From Nitrososphaeria archaeon (GTDB lineage: Archaea; Thermoproteota; Nitrososphaeria; JACIWG01), in assembly GCA_963752255.1 (NCBI GenBank), contig CAVVXT010000014.1, positions 1 to 64,000 on the forward strand: a DNA stretch of 64,000 nt. The letters are read 5' to 3'. Below, piece after piece: positions 9,883 through 18,996 of the stretch; within the stretch, counting starts at the first letter, position 1, and every line of letters starts with the position of its first letter. The position numbers were made by a program, and so were the translations under genes. The notes under the pieces were generated by a model. It was given only the letters and a program-made list of their open reading frames with translations, was not told the DNA's origin and did no database searches.

Positions 9883-10430
9883 AAACCAGCTTAAGCGTGT
9901 CAGAGCAGATATACGTACTTAGAATAGGGCATAGAATAGAAAGGGACAAAAGAGTTACAACGCATGTTGGTCTAGTGGCAAGAGCCTTGGGAGCAAAGGG
10001 AATCTTCTTTGTCAACACAGAGAAAGAAATAAAGGAAAAGATTGATGAGGTAACAAACTTTTGGGGGGGTCCATTTAAGACGGAGATCATCGAAGGGAAT
10101 TGGCTAAAATTTATAATTGACTGGAAAAAGGAAGATGGGATAGTTGTTCACTTGACGATGTATGGTTTGCCTATTGATAATGTAATTGAAGAGATAAGGA
10201 AAAAAGAGGAAAAGAAATTAGTCGTTGTAGGAGCAGAAAAAGTTCCAAGAGAGCTCTATGAAATAAGTGATTATAATGTATCGATAACCAGTCAACCACA
10301 CTCCGAAATCGCCGCATTGGCAATCTTTTTAGACCGACTTTACATGGGAAAAGAGATAAGTTTAAGATTTAGTGGTGCAAAAATGAATATCATACCTACA
10401 AAAAGAGGCAAGAAAATAGTTGAAAGTTGA
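9879..10430 (+). CDS. trm56: tRNA (cytidine-56-2'-O)-methyltransferase (start possibly GTG at 9897)
   Basis: LRIGHRIERDKRVTTHV, VHLTMYG, GAEKVP and QPHSE. Confidence 0.95.
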   Translation: MKTSLSVSEQIYVLRIGHRIERDKRVTTHVGLVARALGAKGIFFVNTEKEIKEKIDEVTNFWGGPFKTEIIEGNWLKFIIDWKKEDGIVVHLTMYGLPIDNVIEEIRKKEEKKLVVVGAEKVPRELYEISDYNVSITSQPHSEIAALAIFLDRLYMGKEISLRFSGAKMNIIPTKRGKKIVES

Positions 10431-10938
10431 ATATGAAGATTCCTTCGTAAAAGCGTCTAGCCTTTTAGGCGGAGAAGAGCATATAAGAGTAGCTAGAGCA
10501 CTATTAAACAATGAAAATGCAACAGATGAGGAAATAGCAAGCGCCACGGGATTGAAGATAAACATCGTTAGACGGGTTCTGTACGATCTCTTTGGTCATT
10601 CCTTAATTTCTGGAATAAGAGTAAGGGATCCGAAGAAAGGGTGGTTTGTCTATAGGTGGCAAGCACGGAGAGATCAAACTGAAAGCTTTATAGAGAGTCA
10701 GAAAAGAAAGATTCTTGAGAGACTTAAACATAGACTTGAATATGAGGAAACGAATGAATTTTATTACTGTGGAACTCCAGGCTGCAGGAAGATGCCGTTT
10801 GTGGAGGCAATGGAGAACTTGTTTAAATGTCCCAAATGCGGCAAAGCTGTGAACCTTATAAAAGATGAAGAATTTAAAGAGGCACTTAAATGGAAAATAA
10901 AACAGATAGAAGGAGAACTAGAGGAAAGGACACATTAA
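10420..10938 (+). CDS. tfe: Transcription factor E alpha
   Basis: wHTH (TDEEIA..VRRVLY..GWFVYRW) plus zinc ribbon FKCPKCG. Confidence 0.93.
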   Translation: MKVEYEDSFVKASSLLGGEEHIRVARALLNNENATDEEIASATGLKINIVRRVLYDLFGHSLISGIRVRDPKKGWFVYRWQARRDQTESFIESQKRKILERLKHRLEYEETNEFYYCGTPGCRKMPFVEAMENLFKCPKCGKAVNLIKDEEFKEALKWKIKQIEGELEERTH

Positions 10939-11468
10939 TAAAAAAAGAAGTGGAAGAGCTAATAAAACATGGATGCAATGATTACATCATCCAACATGGC
11001 CTACTTGTAATGAATGTTTCTAATAAGATGATAAAGGAACTGAAGCGCGCGGGAGTCGATATAGATGAAAAATCCATTTTAAGGGGGGCAATACTTCATG
11101 ATATCGGTCGCTCAAAGGAGCATTCGGTTAGGCATGGATTCCTAGGAGGAGAAATACTAAAAAAAGATGGATATGATAGAAAAGTTATCAAAATTGTAGA
11201 AAATCACGTTGGTGGAGGAATAGACAGGCAAGACTGTGCGAAACTTGGAATACCTGAAAGAGACTTTATACCTACATCATTGGAAGAAAAGATTGTTTGC
11301 TTAGCAGACAAATATGTAGAAGACAATCAGATCAAACCTCTCGAAGAGACGCTTAGTAAATTTGATGAAATTCTAGGTGAGGGAAACAAGGCCAACAAAA
11401 GAATATTAAAGATAAAAAAAGAAATCGAATTACTAGCTGAAGAAAGGGATGGAATCAATAATCATTGA
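10890..11468 (+). CDS. HDIG-domain metal-dependent phosphohydrolase (true start probably further downstream)
   Basis: LHDIGRS, HVGGG and EEKIVCLADK. Confidence 0.88.
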   Translation: MENKTDRRRTRGKDTLIKKEVEELIKHGCNDYIIQHGLLVMNVSNKMIKELKRAGVDIDEKSILRGAILHDIGRSKEHSVRHGFLGGEILKKDGYDRKVIKIVENHVGGGIDRQDCAKLGIPERDFIPTSLEEKIVCLADKYVEDNQIKPLEETLSKFDEILGEGNKANKRILKIKKEIELLAEERDGINNH

Positions 11469-11513
11469 AGGCTAAAAATATAGCGTACTATAATAATTGG
11501 ATGTTAATTATGA

Positions 11514-11591
11514 TGGTAGCGAGGGGTGGATTTGAACCACTGATCTGCGGGTTATGAGCCCGCCGGGATAACCTAGCTTCCCCACCTCGCT
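11514..11591 (-). tRNA. Initiator tRNA-Met (CAT), CCA encoded
   Basis: A1-U72 pair, GGG/CCC in the anticodon stem, CTCATAA loop. Confidence 0.95.
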
Positions 11592-11640
11592 ATTGTTTTC
11601 TTGAGGTTATAATCTGCTTTTTAAAGCTTTTGAAAAAGCT

Positions 11641-12978
11641 TTACCTGAAGATTTTTAAAAACATGTTGTTAAAAGGTGCGTTGATTGTTAAGTCGGTGGA
11701 ATAATATTGCAAAGGCTTAGTGAGATGGCGATGTGCTGAAGGGGGAGGAATGTATAGACCTGGTTTAATATCACGAGAAATAATTTTTTTTACTTTCGAA
11801 GCTTTTACCAATTTGACTTTACATTTGTCACATTCAAAACCTTTGCTTTTACCCAAAGATTTCATATGCCTACTACATATGGGGCATAAAGGGTTCTCAT
11901 AAACGGAGTCGTCCGATAAATTTAAGATTTTCAGGTACTCAATATTTAGTGCCATAGAATCTTTTTTGCTTGGAGCACGAACTCCACCTCCTATCTCAAC
12001 TTCGTCTCCAGGCCTTAGTTTTAATACAGAAAATCTAAAGATTTTAGTCGGCTCATATGCAGCACATTTAACAGAAGAGGTATCGTCTTCTAGTAAAAAG
12101 AATACGTGACCACCTATTTCTATTTTTGGAACCGTTTTCACTTTTCCTTGAACTTTGACCGAATAATATGGTTTAATATCCTTTATTTTAAAGAAATTTA
12201 CGAAGTGTGAGTTTGTCCCCTGATTTGTTTTGAAGATCACATAATGTGACACTTCTTCGTCGATCTCTAGCATTTTGAAAGCAGTCAATAGTTTTTCTGG
12301 AGTTAATCCTCTGATCCCAAATAGTATTGGGTCAGGACCATGAGGAGTTATTATAACACGATCTGTTATTGGATCATAATTATTATATGTAAAAGGATAA
12401 GTTTTAGCTGACATTTTTATTACAGACTTTTTGTTCACCTTTCTCGGCTTATCGAAATTCTCTTCTTTACGGTAACATATCAGTTCGTAAGTATGTTCTA
12501 CTAGCTGGTTGCATAACCCCGCTAATGCGCCTACAAGCCCTATTTCACCACCATAAGTTGAATATATGAAATTGTACTTATCAAGCAGCTGTTTAGCCCT
12601 CTTAACACTTAAAACTCTGTATAAGGCTTCTTTTGAGAATTCCAACAGTTCATTATTGAAACTGTTACCATTAAACAGAACTATTGCTGGTGTTGACTTC
12701 TTACCAGCCTTAACGTAATTTATATACGATATCTTTTTGGCGACCTTGAAGACATGTTCTGGGTCTTCATGCTCTAAAATAATGGAAACTGCCCCATTAC
12801 CTCGAGTCTTCCATGGTATGTTGGGGTTAAGACGGATAAGATGGGGGTAATCCAAGAACTTTATCCGTGCAGCCTTTAACTCTTTTATAATCAAAGATAG
12901 AGCGTAAGTTGTACAACCATAGTTCGGTGTGTCTACATCGTCTAGGGAGACGTGTATGACTTTATTCTTCGACAACAA
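11641..12978 (-). CDS. tiaS: tRNA(Ile2) agmatinylcytidine synthase
   Basis: DDVD..GCTTY, RLNPNIPWKTRGNGA, PHGPDPILFGIRG, OB fold, zinc ribbon and RHLTKP. Confidence 0.95.
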   Translation of the reverse strand: MLSKNKVIHVSLDDVDTPNYGCTTYALSLIIKELKAARIKFLDYPHLIRLNPNIPWKTRGNGAVSIILEHEDPEHVFKVAKKISYINYVKAGKKSTPAIVLFNGNSFNNELLEFSKEALYRVLSVKRAKQLLDKYNFIYSTYGGEIGLVGALAGLCNQLVEHTYELICYRKEENFDKPRKVNKKSVIKMSAKTYPFTYNNYDPITDRVIITPHGPDPILFGIRGLTPEKLLTAFKMLEIDEEVSHYVIFKTNQGTNSHFVNFFKIKDIKPYYSVKVQGKVKTVPKIEIGGHVFFLLEDDTSSVKCAAYEPTKIFRFSVLKLRPGDEVEIGGGVRAPSKKDSMALNIEYLKILNLSDDSVYENPLCPICSRHMKSLGKSKGFECDKCKVKLVKASKVKKIISRDIKPGLYIPPPSAHRHLTKPLQYYSTDLTINAPFNNMFLKIFR

Positions 12979-13195
12979 TCATCGTTAGGGTTGAACGAAC
13001 TTTTTCTAGACGGCGAATCTTCCAAGTTATGGTATCCTTTACCTTGTCCATTGTATCTGCTTGAATCTTGGCTATTATATCATAAACACCATAGACGACA
13101 TAGACTTCCTTTACCTCTTCGATTTTCTTAAGTTCCTTAATTAATTCTTCTTCTGTGCCTAAATCTGCATTTATTAAAACAAAAGCAAGTGGCAT
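12962..13195 (-). CDS. Stand-alone Lrp/AsnC ligand-binding (RAM) domain protein
   Basis: AFVLIN..VYGVYDIIAKI..IRRLEKVRSTLTMI. Confidence 0.9.
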   Translation of the reverse strand: MPLAFVLINADLGTEEELIKELKKIEEVKEVYVVYGVYDIIAKIQADTMDKVKDTITWKIRRLEKVRSTLTMIVVEE

Positions 13196-13260
13196 TTTTA
13201 CCCATATATTATAAAAAGAAAAGAATATTAAACTTTTCTTTTAGTATAAGAAAGCGTATC

Positions 13261-13797
13261 ATGCGTCAAATTAGGATTTACATATTACACCTAGGTGAAT
13301 GCGATGTTCGGAGGTGCACAGCAATAAAACTGAGAAAATTTGATCTAGTTGATTTCATACGTAGGAGGGATAGCAGGGCAAAAGGAGCCATCTTCCTAAA
13401 TCCATTTACAGAAAGAACGATATCAAAAGAAGATAGAACAACGATAGAAAGCAGGGGGCTAATCGCTTTGGATGGAAGCTGGAATAAAATCAACGAGGAA
13501 AAGTTTATGATATATAATAGAAAATATGAATTTCGTGCTTTACCATACTTGGTGGCTGGAAATCCTACACACTATGGCTTGCCAACGAAATTAAGTACAG
13601 TCGAAGCGCTATCCTTTGCTTTATACATCACAGGGTTCAGGGAAGAGGCTCTAAAATTGCTGAAGATTTTCTCTTGGGGAATCAACGCGTTTAAACTAAA
13701 TCAGTATCTACTTCAGATGTATTCGGAAGCAAATACATCAAAAGAGCTCATAGAATTACAGAACAAATTTTTAGACGAACAAACAAGAAAGAGTTAA
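13261..13797 (+). CDS. tsr3: 16S rRNA aminocarboxypropyltransferase Tsr3
   Basis: ECDVRRCTA, LDGSWN, RALPYLVAGNPTHYG, KLSTVEA and FSWG. Confidence 0.92.
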   Translation: MRQIRIYILHLGECDVRRCTAIKLRKFDLVDFIRRRDSRAKGAIFLNPFTERTISKEDRTTIESRGLIALDGSWNKINEEKFMIYNRKYEFRALPYLVAGNPTHYGLPTKLSTVEALSFALYITGFREEALKLLKIFSWGINAFKLNQYLLQMYSEANTSKELIELQNKFLDEQTRKS

Positions 13798-13820
13798 TAA
13801 GAACAATCCGAAATCTTTGA

Positions 13821-14113
13821 TGAACATACGCCGGTGGACAGATTACGGAAGAAATCCTGTGGAAACTCCTTCCTCCGAGTAAAAGCGTGGCGCTGAGAAG
13901 CGCAGCGGTAGACCGTTGGCAACGGAACAGAAACGACACCAACCTAGACGCATGACGATGATAGATATTTGAGAAGGTCTAGCAATTGGGTTAAACGGCC
14001 GACCCACGCGGAGCAAGACCAAATAGGGCAATGTGCATTTACTCAAAGCCCAGGTAGGTCGCATAGTCTAATACTGTCAAAACAGAAGAAGGGTTACAGC
14101 CGGCTTATGTTCA
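13821..14113 (+). ncRNA. rnpB: RNase P RNA
   Basis: Terminal helix TGAACATA.GCCGG / CCGGC.TATGTTCA; conserved GGAAACTCC, ACAGAAAC, GGAGCAAG and AACAGAA..GGGTTA elements. Confidence 0.92.
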
Positions 14114-14125
14114 CTAAAAGTAAGA

Positions 14126-14536
14126 TTATTTTTTTAGTGAATCGAGATAAGCAATATACTCCCTGCTTTTCATTAATTTTTTGAAGTCAGCCTCTAAGTT
14201 GATTGGTTTCAATTTGAATATCCACCCTTCACTATAGGGTGATGTGTTAATCTTCTCTGGATTTATGTCAAGAGCTTTGTTCACTTCAACCACTACACCT
14301 CCAACAGGACTATACACTTCAGATACAGCCTTTATCGATTCGACCGTAGCAGCAACACTGCCTTGGTCTATCTTTAACCCAACCTCAGGTAAAGAAACGT
14401 AAACGACGTCATGTAGTGATTTCACAGCGTAGTCGGTAATGCCTATTATTGTAACATCATCTTCGATTTTGACCCATTCATGCTCTTCGCTGTATCGCAA
14501 GTCTTCTGGTATATTATAACTGGACATACCCATCAA
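14126..14536 (-). CDS. gcvH: Glycine cleavage system H protein
   Basis: YSEEHEWV, GITDYA, VESIKAVS lipoyl-lysine and SPYSEGW. Confidence 0.95.
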   Translation of the reverse strand: MMGMSSYNIPEDLRYSEEHEWVKIEDDVTIIGITDYAVKSLHDVVYVSLPEVGLKIDQGSVAATVESIKAVSEVYSPVGGVVVEVNKALDINPEKINTSPYSEGWIFKLKPINLEADFKKLMKSREYIAYLDSLKK

Positions 14537-14588
14537 CCGAAGATTATGGAACTGGGAAATAAATTTTTCAGAAATGGCAGATAAAAAG

Positions 14589-14753
14589 TTATGATTCCTT
14601 GTTCTTAGATACCGTCATTTGATAATCCTTTGAAAATTTTGAACCACATGATGGACACTGAAAATTGTAAAGTTTAAGAATAGAATATACTGACTTAAGG
14701 TTCTCATCAGAATAGATTTTATATTTGCAGGTACCACAAACGATTTCTATCAA
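14589..14753 (-). CDS. Small zinc-ribbon protein (54 aa), not in the ORF track
   Basis: MIEIVCGTCKYKIY..YNFQCPSCGSKF with two CxxC; TTG start. Confidence 0.75.
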   Translation of the reverse strand: MIEIVCGTCKYKIYSDENLKSVYSILKLYNFQCPSCGSKFSKDYQMTVSKNKES

Positions 14754-14822
14754 CTTAGGTAGGTTAAGTAGGACACAGATAAAAACTCTTTATAAATGCT
14801 ATTTTAATGGAAGCATAGCAGT

Positions 14823-16898
14823 TTGGATAGAATACCAAATATTTCAGGCTATACATTAGTCATTTGCGAAAAAGCAGACGCGTCAAAGAGGATAGCATCT
14901 GCTTTAAGTGATAAATTTAAGACGTACACATCCAATGGGACACAAATTTATCTAGTTGAAAATGACAAAAAAAAATACATCATTTGTTCTGCATTAGGTC
15001 ATCTCTATGGTCTAGGAACATCAAGAAAAAAAAGGGATGTTTTTCCCATTTTCGATTTAATGTGGTTTCCCTTAAGTCAAATCGACACAGATAAGAAAAT
15101 CGTATGGAATCGAATACAAACGATATCATCACTTTCAAACCGAGCAAGTGCTTTTGTGAATGCATGCGATTATGATACTGAAGGGAGTATAATAGGACGT
15201 AATATAATAAAATACTCATGCAATGCGGACATTTCAAAGGTGTTACGTGCAAAATTTTCAACCTTAACTAAAGAAGAACTTTCTGAAGCATTTGAGAATC
15301 TTAAAGTTGGAATAGATGATGGGCTCGCTAGAGCAGGAATCACACGACATATTATTGATTACATGTGGGGAATCAACCTATCGAGAATTTTAATTTCAGC
15401 TTTACAACATTCAGCAAGCAGTGGAGGTTCCATAAGTACGGGAAGAGTGCAGGGACCCACACTAAAGTTCATAGTGGACCGTGAAATCGAAATAAGATCT
15501 TTTGTTACAAGACCTTATTGGACAGCAAAAGCACTAGTCGATTCAAGCAAAGAAACTTTCTATGCAGAATACTCGATAGACAGAATAACCAAGAGGAAAG
15601 AAGGCCATCTTATAAAAAATGAAAATGAGGGACGTGAAGGGATAGTTGAACAGTTAAAGAAGACGGAAGTCAAACTCATTCCACCAACGCCATTTAATAC
15701 AGGTGATCTTCAGAAAGAAGCTTTTAGACTCTTCGGCTTTTCACCTATCTTGACGTTAAGTATAGCAGAGAGACTCTACTTAAACGCCCTAATATCATAT
15801 CCTAGAACTAACAGTCAAAAACTTCCTCCATCAATAAACTACTTAAAGATAGTGAATGGGTTAGGTCGATTAGAAGAATATAAGAAAGAAGTAAAAGCCC
15901 TACTGAATACAAGACTTAAACCCAGAGAAGGAGATAAAGATGATCCAGCACACCCAAGCATATACCCTACAGGAGAGATTCCAGCAGGAGGACTTGATGC
16001 GAGACAAATAAAATTATATGACCTGATAGTAAGAAGGTTCTTTTCCGTCTTCGGTGAGAAAGCAATAAAAGAGAGAATGCAACTTTCAATTAATGTTCAA
16101 AACAAACATCATTGGGAGGTTAACGGCCTAAGAACGATATATGCGGGTTGGACATTTTTCTATGGAAAATACGTGAATATGGAGGAACACGATCTGCCAC
16201 TGTTGCAGGAGGGGGAAAGGGTTTTGATAAAATCTGTTGAAATTGCTGAGAAATTTGATAGGCGTCCTCCACGGTTCAACCGAGGAAGCCTATTAGAGAA
16301 GATGGAGGAAGAGAACCTTGGTACAAAAGCTACCAGAGCAGAAATAATTGAGACCTTGTACAAAAGAGGGTACATAGTGGGAGATAGCATGGCTCCAACA
16401 AATCTTGGTTTCCAGATAACATTAACGCTTTCAAAATACTCTAAGGAAATTGTTTCAGTAGATTTGACTAAAGAGATGGAGCGGAAGCTGGAACAAATAG
16501 AGGTGGGAAAGGAAACGCCAGAAAATGTATTAGAGGACACATTCTATCTTACGTTACATTCAATAAGCGAGCTTGTTGACAACATGGATAAGGTTGGAGA
16601 GGAGTTAAAGATAGCTCTCAAAGAAACCTTTTTTGAGAAGAACATTTTGGGAAAATGTCCCAAATGTAAAGTGGGAAATCTCATAATAATAAGAAGTAAA
16701 AGGACAGGAAAACGTTTTGTGGGATGCACTAACTATAAAAATGATTGCCGAGCATCATCACCTCTACCTCAAAGAGGAATAATACAAAACATAGGAAAAG
16801 CCTGTGTAATGTGTGGATGGCCAATAATAATTGTACGGGGAAGGAGAATTCCCTGGAAGTTGTGCATAAACGTGGATTGTCCATCAAAGAAGAGATAA
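14823..16898 (+). CDS. topA: Type IA DNA topoisomerase
   Basis: ICEK, ALGHL, ACDYDTEG, GRVQGPTL, ISYPRT, LGTKATR and C-terminal zinc fingers. Confidence 0.96.
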   Translation: MDRIPNISGYTLVICEKADASKRIASALSDKFKTYTSNGTQIYLVENDKKKYIICSALGHLYGLGTSRKKRDVFPIFDLMWFPLSQIDTDKKIVWNRIQTISSLSNRASAFVNACDYDTEGSIIGRNIIKYSCNADISKVLRAKFSTLTKEELSEAFENLKVGIDDGLARAGITRHIIDYMWGINLSRILISALQHSASSGGSISTGRVQGPTLKFIVDREIEIRSFVTRPYWTAKALVDSSKETFYAEYSIDRITKRKEGHLIKNENEGREGIVEQLKKTEVKLIPPTPFNTGDLQKEAFRLFGFSPILTLSIAERLYLNALISYPRTNSQKLPPSINYLKIVNGLGRLEEYKKEVKALLNTRLKPREGDKDDPAHPSIYPTGEIPAGGLDARQIKLYDLIVRRFFSVFGEKAIKERMQLSINVQNKHHWEVNGLRTIYAGWTFFYGKYVNMEEHDLPLLQEGERVLIKSVEIAEKFDRRPPRFNRGSLLEKMEEENLGTKATRAEIIETLYKRGYIVGDSMAPTNLGFQITLTLSKYSKEIVSVDLTKEMERKLEQIEVGKETPENVLEDTFYLTLHSISELVDNMDKVGEELKIALKETFFEKNILGKCPKCKVGNLIIIRSKRTGKRFVGCTNYKNDCRASSPLPQRGIIQNIGKACVMCGWPIIIVRGRRIPWKLCINVDCPSKKR

Positions 16899-16901
16899 AA
16901 G

Positions 16902-17150
16902 ATGAACATTGAAAATAATACTTGCGCAATCTGCAGTAAAGAGAAAGTGTTGAATGGACAATTTTGTGAGCACCATAATATCGCATACCAAAAAATTGAA
17001 CGAAACTATGGTTATTGGAAGGAAGCTTATGAAGAGCTTTCATGGGAGGCATACTTAAAATTAACCATAGACAACCCTGAAAACGGAGTGTGGGTAAAAG
17101 AAGTAGCTAAATACTTAATAACTAAAAAATCGGAGGATCTGAATGTATGA
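16902..17150 (+). CDS. Hypothetical protein with a CxxC..CxxH motif
   Basis: ORF immediately after topA; CAIC..FCEHH. Confidence 0.7.
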   Translation: MNIENNTCAICSKEKVLNGQFCEHHNIAYQKIERNYGYWKEAYEELSWEAYLKLTIDNPENGVWVKEVAKYLITKKSEDLNV

Positions 17151-17554
17151 GTTTAAGGAAATGGATAGACTCGATATCCAAAAGGGTTGGAAGGATTGAA
17201 AAAAATTTAGGCAGATCATTTAGGTTTGATCTAATCAAACAGAACATTCTGTTCATAATAATTATCATATATTTTGCAGTCTATTTAGGAGGAATAATAA
17301 ATACAATTGAATCTGCTGCAGCGTTACCCCCTGCAACAATCTTTGTACCGGACAGAGCATATGAAACAGGAACGGAGTTCCTCATCTCTTTGATGAATTT
17401 TTTTGTAGGTTGTGGAGGCATGTATTTAATATACAGAGGAGCGAACAGTATAAACCAACGAGATTCCCGTAATAACTTTGTAGCTGGAACGATTGTACTG
17501 ATCTTGGCAACTATAGTTATGATTTTGTTCCTCTATTCAAAAAATATGCTTTAG
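17147..17554 (+). CDS. 3-TM membrane protein, OST3/OST6/OSTC(DC2)-like
   Basis: YLGGII..PP..F....ETGTE..GCGG pattern and three hydrophobic helices. Confidence 0.6.
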   Translation: MSLRKWIDSISKRVGRIEKNLGRSFRFDLIKQNILFIIIIIYFAVYLGGIINTIESAAALPPATIFVPDRAYETGTEFLISLMNFFVGCGGMYLIYRGANSINQRDSRNNFVAGTIVLILATIVMILFLYSKNML

Positions 17555-18047
17555 CATTTCTATTTATAATAAACTTGTCATAGAACCTTTTATCAAAAAT
17601 TGGAAAAGAAGGAATTCCCTTTTCTGAGTCAAAATATACAAAAACAATCATATGTAAAAAATGCTTGGTTTTTGCTAGAAGATACATGAAAAAACGGTCT
17701 GCTTTTTCCTCTTCCTCAAAAAAGGCATTTATGATAAAGGGATACGAATCTATTACGATTATTGAACCTCTAGGACAACATAAAAGTGTAGAAAAGAACT
17801 GTTGTAACGACATATCAAAGGGAGAAATCACTATTAGATTCTCTGGCTTTTCCCAAAGCTGTATAAAATTTGAGAAAGTGTCGACGTAGATGACCTGCTT
17901 TTTCAGCATAAAAGAAGTATTGACTATATCATTTAGGAAGGATGTCTTTTGAGCATTAGTATTGTATCCAAAAAGGACGCTAAAAGGGGGCCCTTTTAAA
18001 AAAGTATTAATAACAAGCGTTGGAGAATTTTTTATCATATAGGACAA
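17517..18047 (-). CDS. Hypothetical protein, degenerate RecA/KaiC-type P-loop fold
   Basis: VLFG..AQKTSF, VIYVDT and IIVIDS motifs. Confidence 0.55.
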   Translation of the reverse strand: MSYMIKNSPTLVINTFLKGPPFSVLFGYNTNAQKTSFLNDIVNTSFMLKKQVIYVDTFSNFIQLWEKPENLIVISPFDMSLQQFFSTLLCCPRGSIIVIDSYPFIINAFFEEEEKADRFFMYLLAKTKHFLHMIVFVYFDSEKGIPSFPIFDKRFYDKFIINRNAKAYFLNRGTKS

Positions 18048-18057
18048 ACGGAATCAA

Positions 18058-18681
18058 ATGACTAAAATAAATAAAGTTTTAGCACCGTACATCAATATAC
18101 ATTTTGATACCACAAATGCTAGGATCATATATTACATTCTAGGAATTATTAAAAAGAAAAATATCCGTTTTAGTGTTGTAGATAAAGATAATTTAAATGA
18201 TGCAGATATGATTATATCTGATAGCGGAAGGGCTGATGGAACGGTTCTAGAAACAAAAGAAATAACTTATGATCCAATAGTTGATTTTAAAAAGATCACT
18301 TTGAAACTATTTGGAGGAAGAAAGGAGGGGCTATGTATAGGAGTTGATCCCGGAAAAAGAACTGGTGTAGCCGTTTTTTATGGAAAAAAAATGATCTTGA
18401 ATGAAGTGGTTTCTCCTTGGGAAGATGCAATACTTTATGTTGTTGAAATACTTAAGGAGATAGGGTTTGGCAAAAAAGTAGTCAAGATAGGTCAGGGAAA
18501 TCCGCAGGCTGCTGAGGAGCTCAGAAAAGTCCTCCAATACAGGTTCAACAATTTGGAAGTGTACTTCATCGACGAACAGAGAACCACAAAGACCGCGAAA
18601 GCTAAAGCTAACCAAGGGAAAGAAAGGGACAAAATTTCAGCTGTTACAATTGTTCATAAAAATGGGAAAAGAGTTGTATAA
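18058..18681 (+). CDS. YqgF/RNase H-fold nuclease-like protein
   Basis: IGVDPGKRTGVA, IGQG, IDEQRTT and DKISA. Confidence 0.75.
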   Translation: MTKINKVLAPYINIHFDTTNARIIYYILGIIKKKNIRFSVVDKDNLNDADMIISDSGRADGTVLETKEITYDPIVDFKKITLKLFGGRKEGLCIGVDPGKRTGVAVFYGKKMILNEVVSPWEDAILYVVEILKEIGFGKKVVKIGQGNPQAAEELRKVLQYRFNNLEVYFIDEQRTTKTAKAKANQGKERDKISAVTIVHKNGKRVV

Positions 18682-18750
18682 AATCCTTCCAAGTGAAATT
18701 TCATCAAGATTTGCGGAAACCAAGTTTTTTCAACAAGCATCATTATATGG

Positions 18751-18921
18751 TCATAACGAATGAAGTTCAGATATGATACTAGATAGATTATGGTATTCAT
18801 CTAATATTATCATTGTTCTTGAAGGATCTTTTATTAGTGATTCAGTAGGTGCAGGAAAGCATCTCATAAATCGTAATTCGACTTGCCCTTCACGATAATG
18901 ATCGTATGGAAAATATGACAT
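18751..18921 (-). pseudogene. Collapsed remnant of an XPD/DinG-family helicase
   Basis: 56-aa ORF MSYFPYDHYREGQ..PAPTE..MIILDEYHNL holds the Q-motif, part of motif I and motif II. Confidence 0.65.
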
Positions 18922-18996
18922 TAAAAGACTAATTTAGAATGATATTTATTCACCAAAGTTTTGTAAGATATAAAGCTGGTTTATATTTTAATAGGG

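Noticed and set aside
9810-9925. Odd HflX C-terminus overlapping trm56
   Set aside because: Removing one A from AGAAAAGG gives a more plausible tail (KDQNYLYIKVTG..); probably an error.
13748-14184. Short ORFs downstream of tsr3
   Set aside because: They overlap the RNase P RNA gene.
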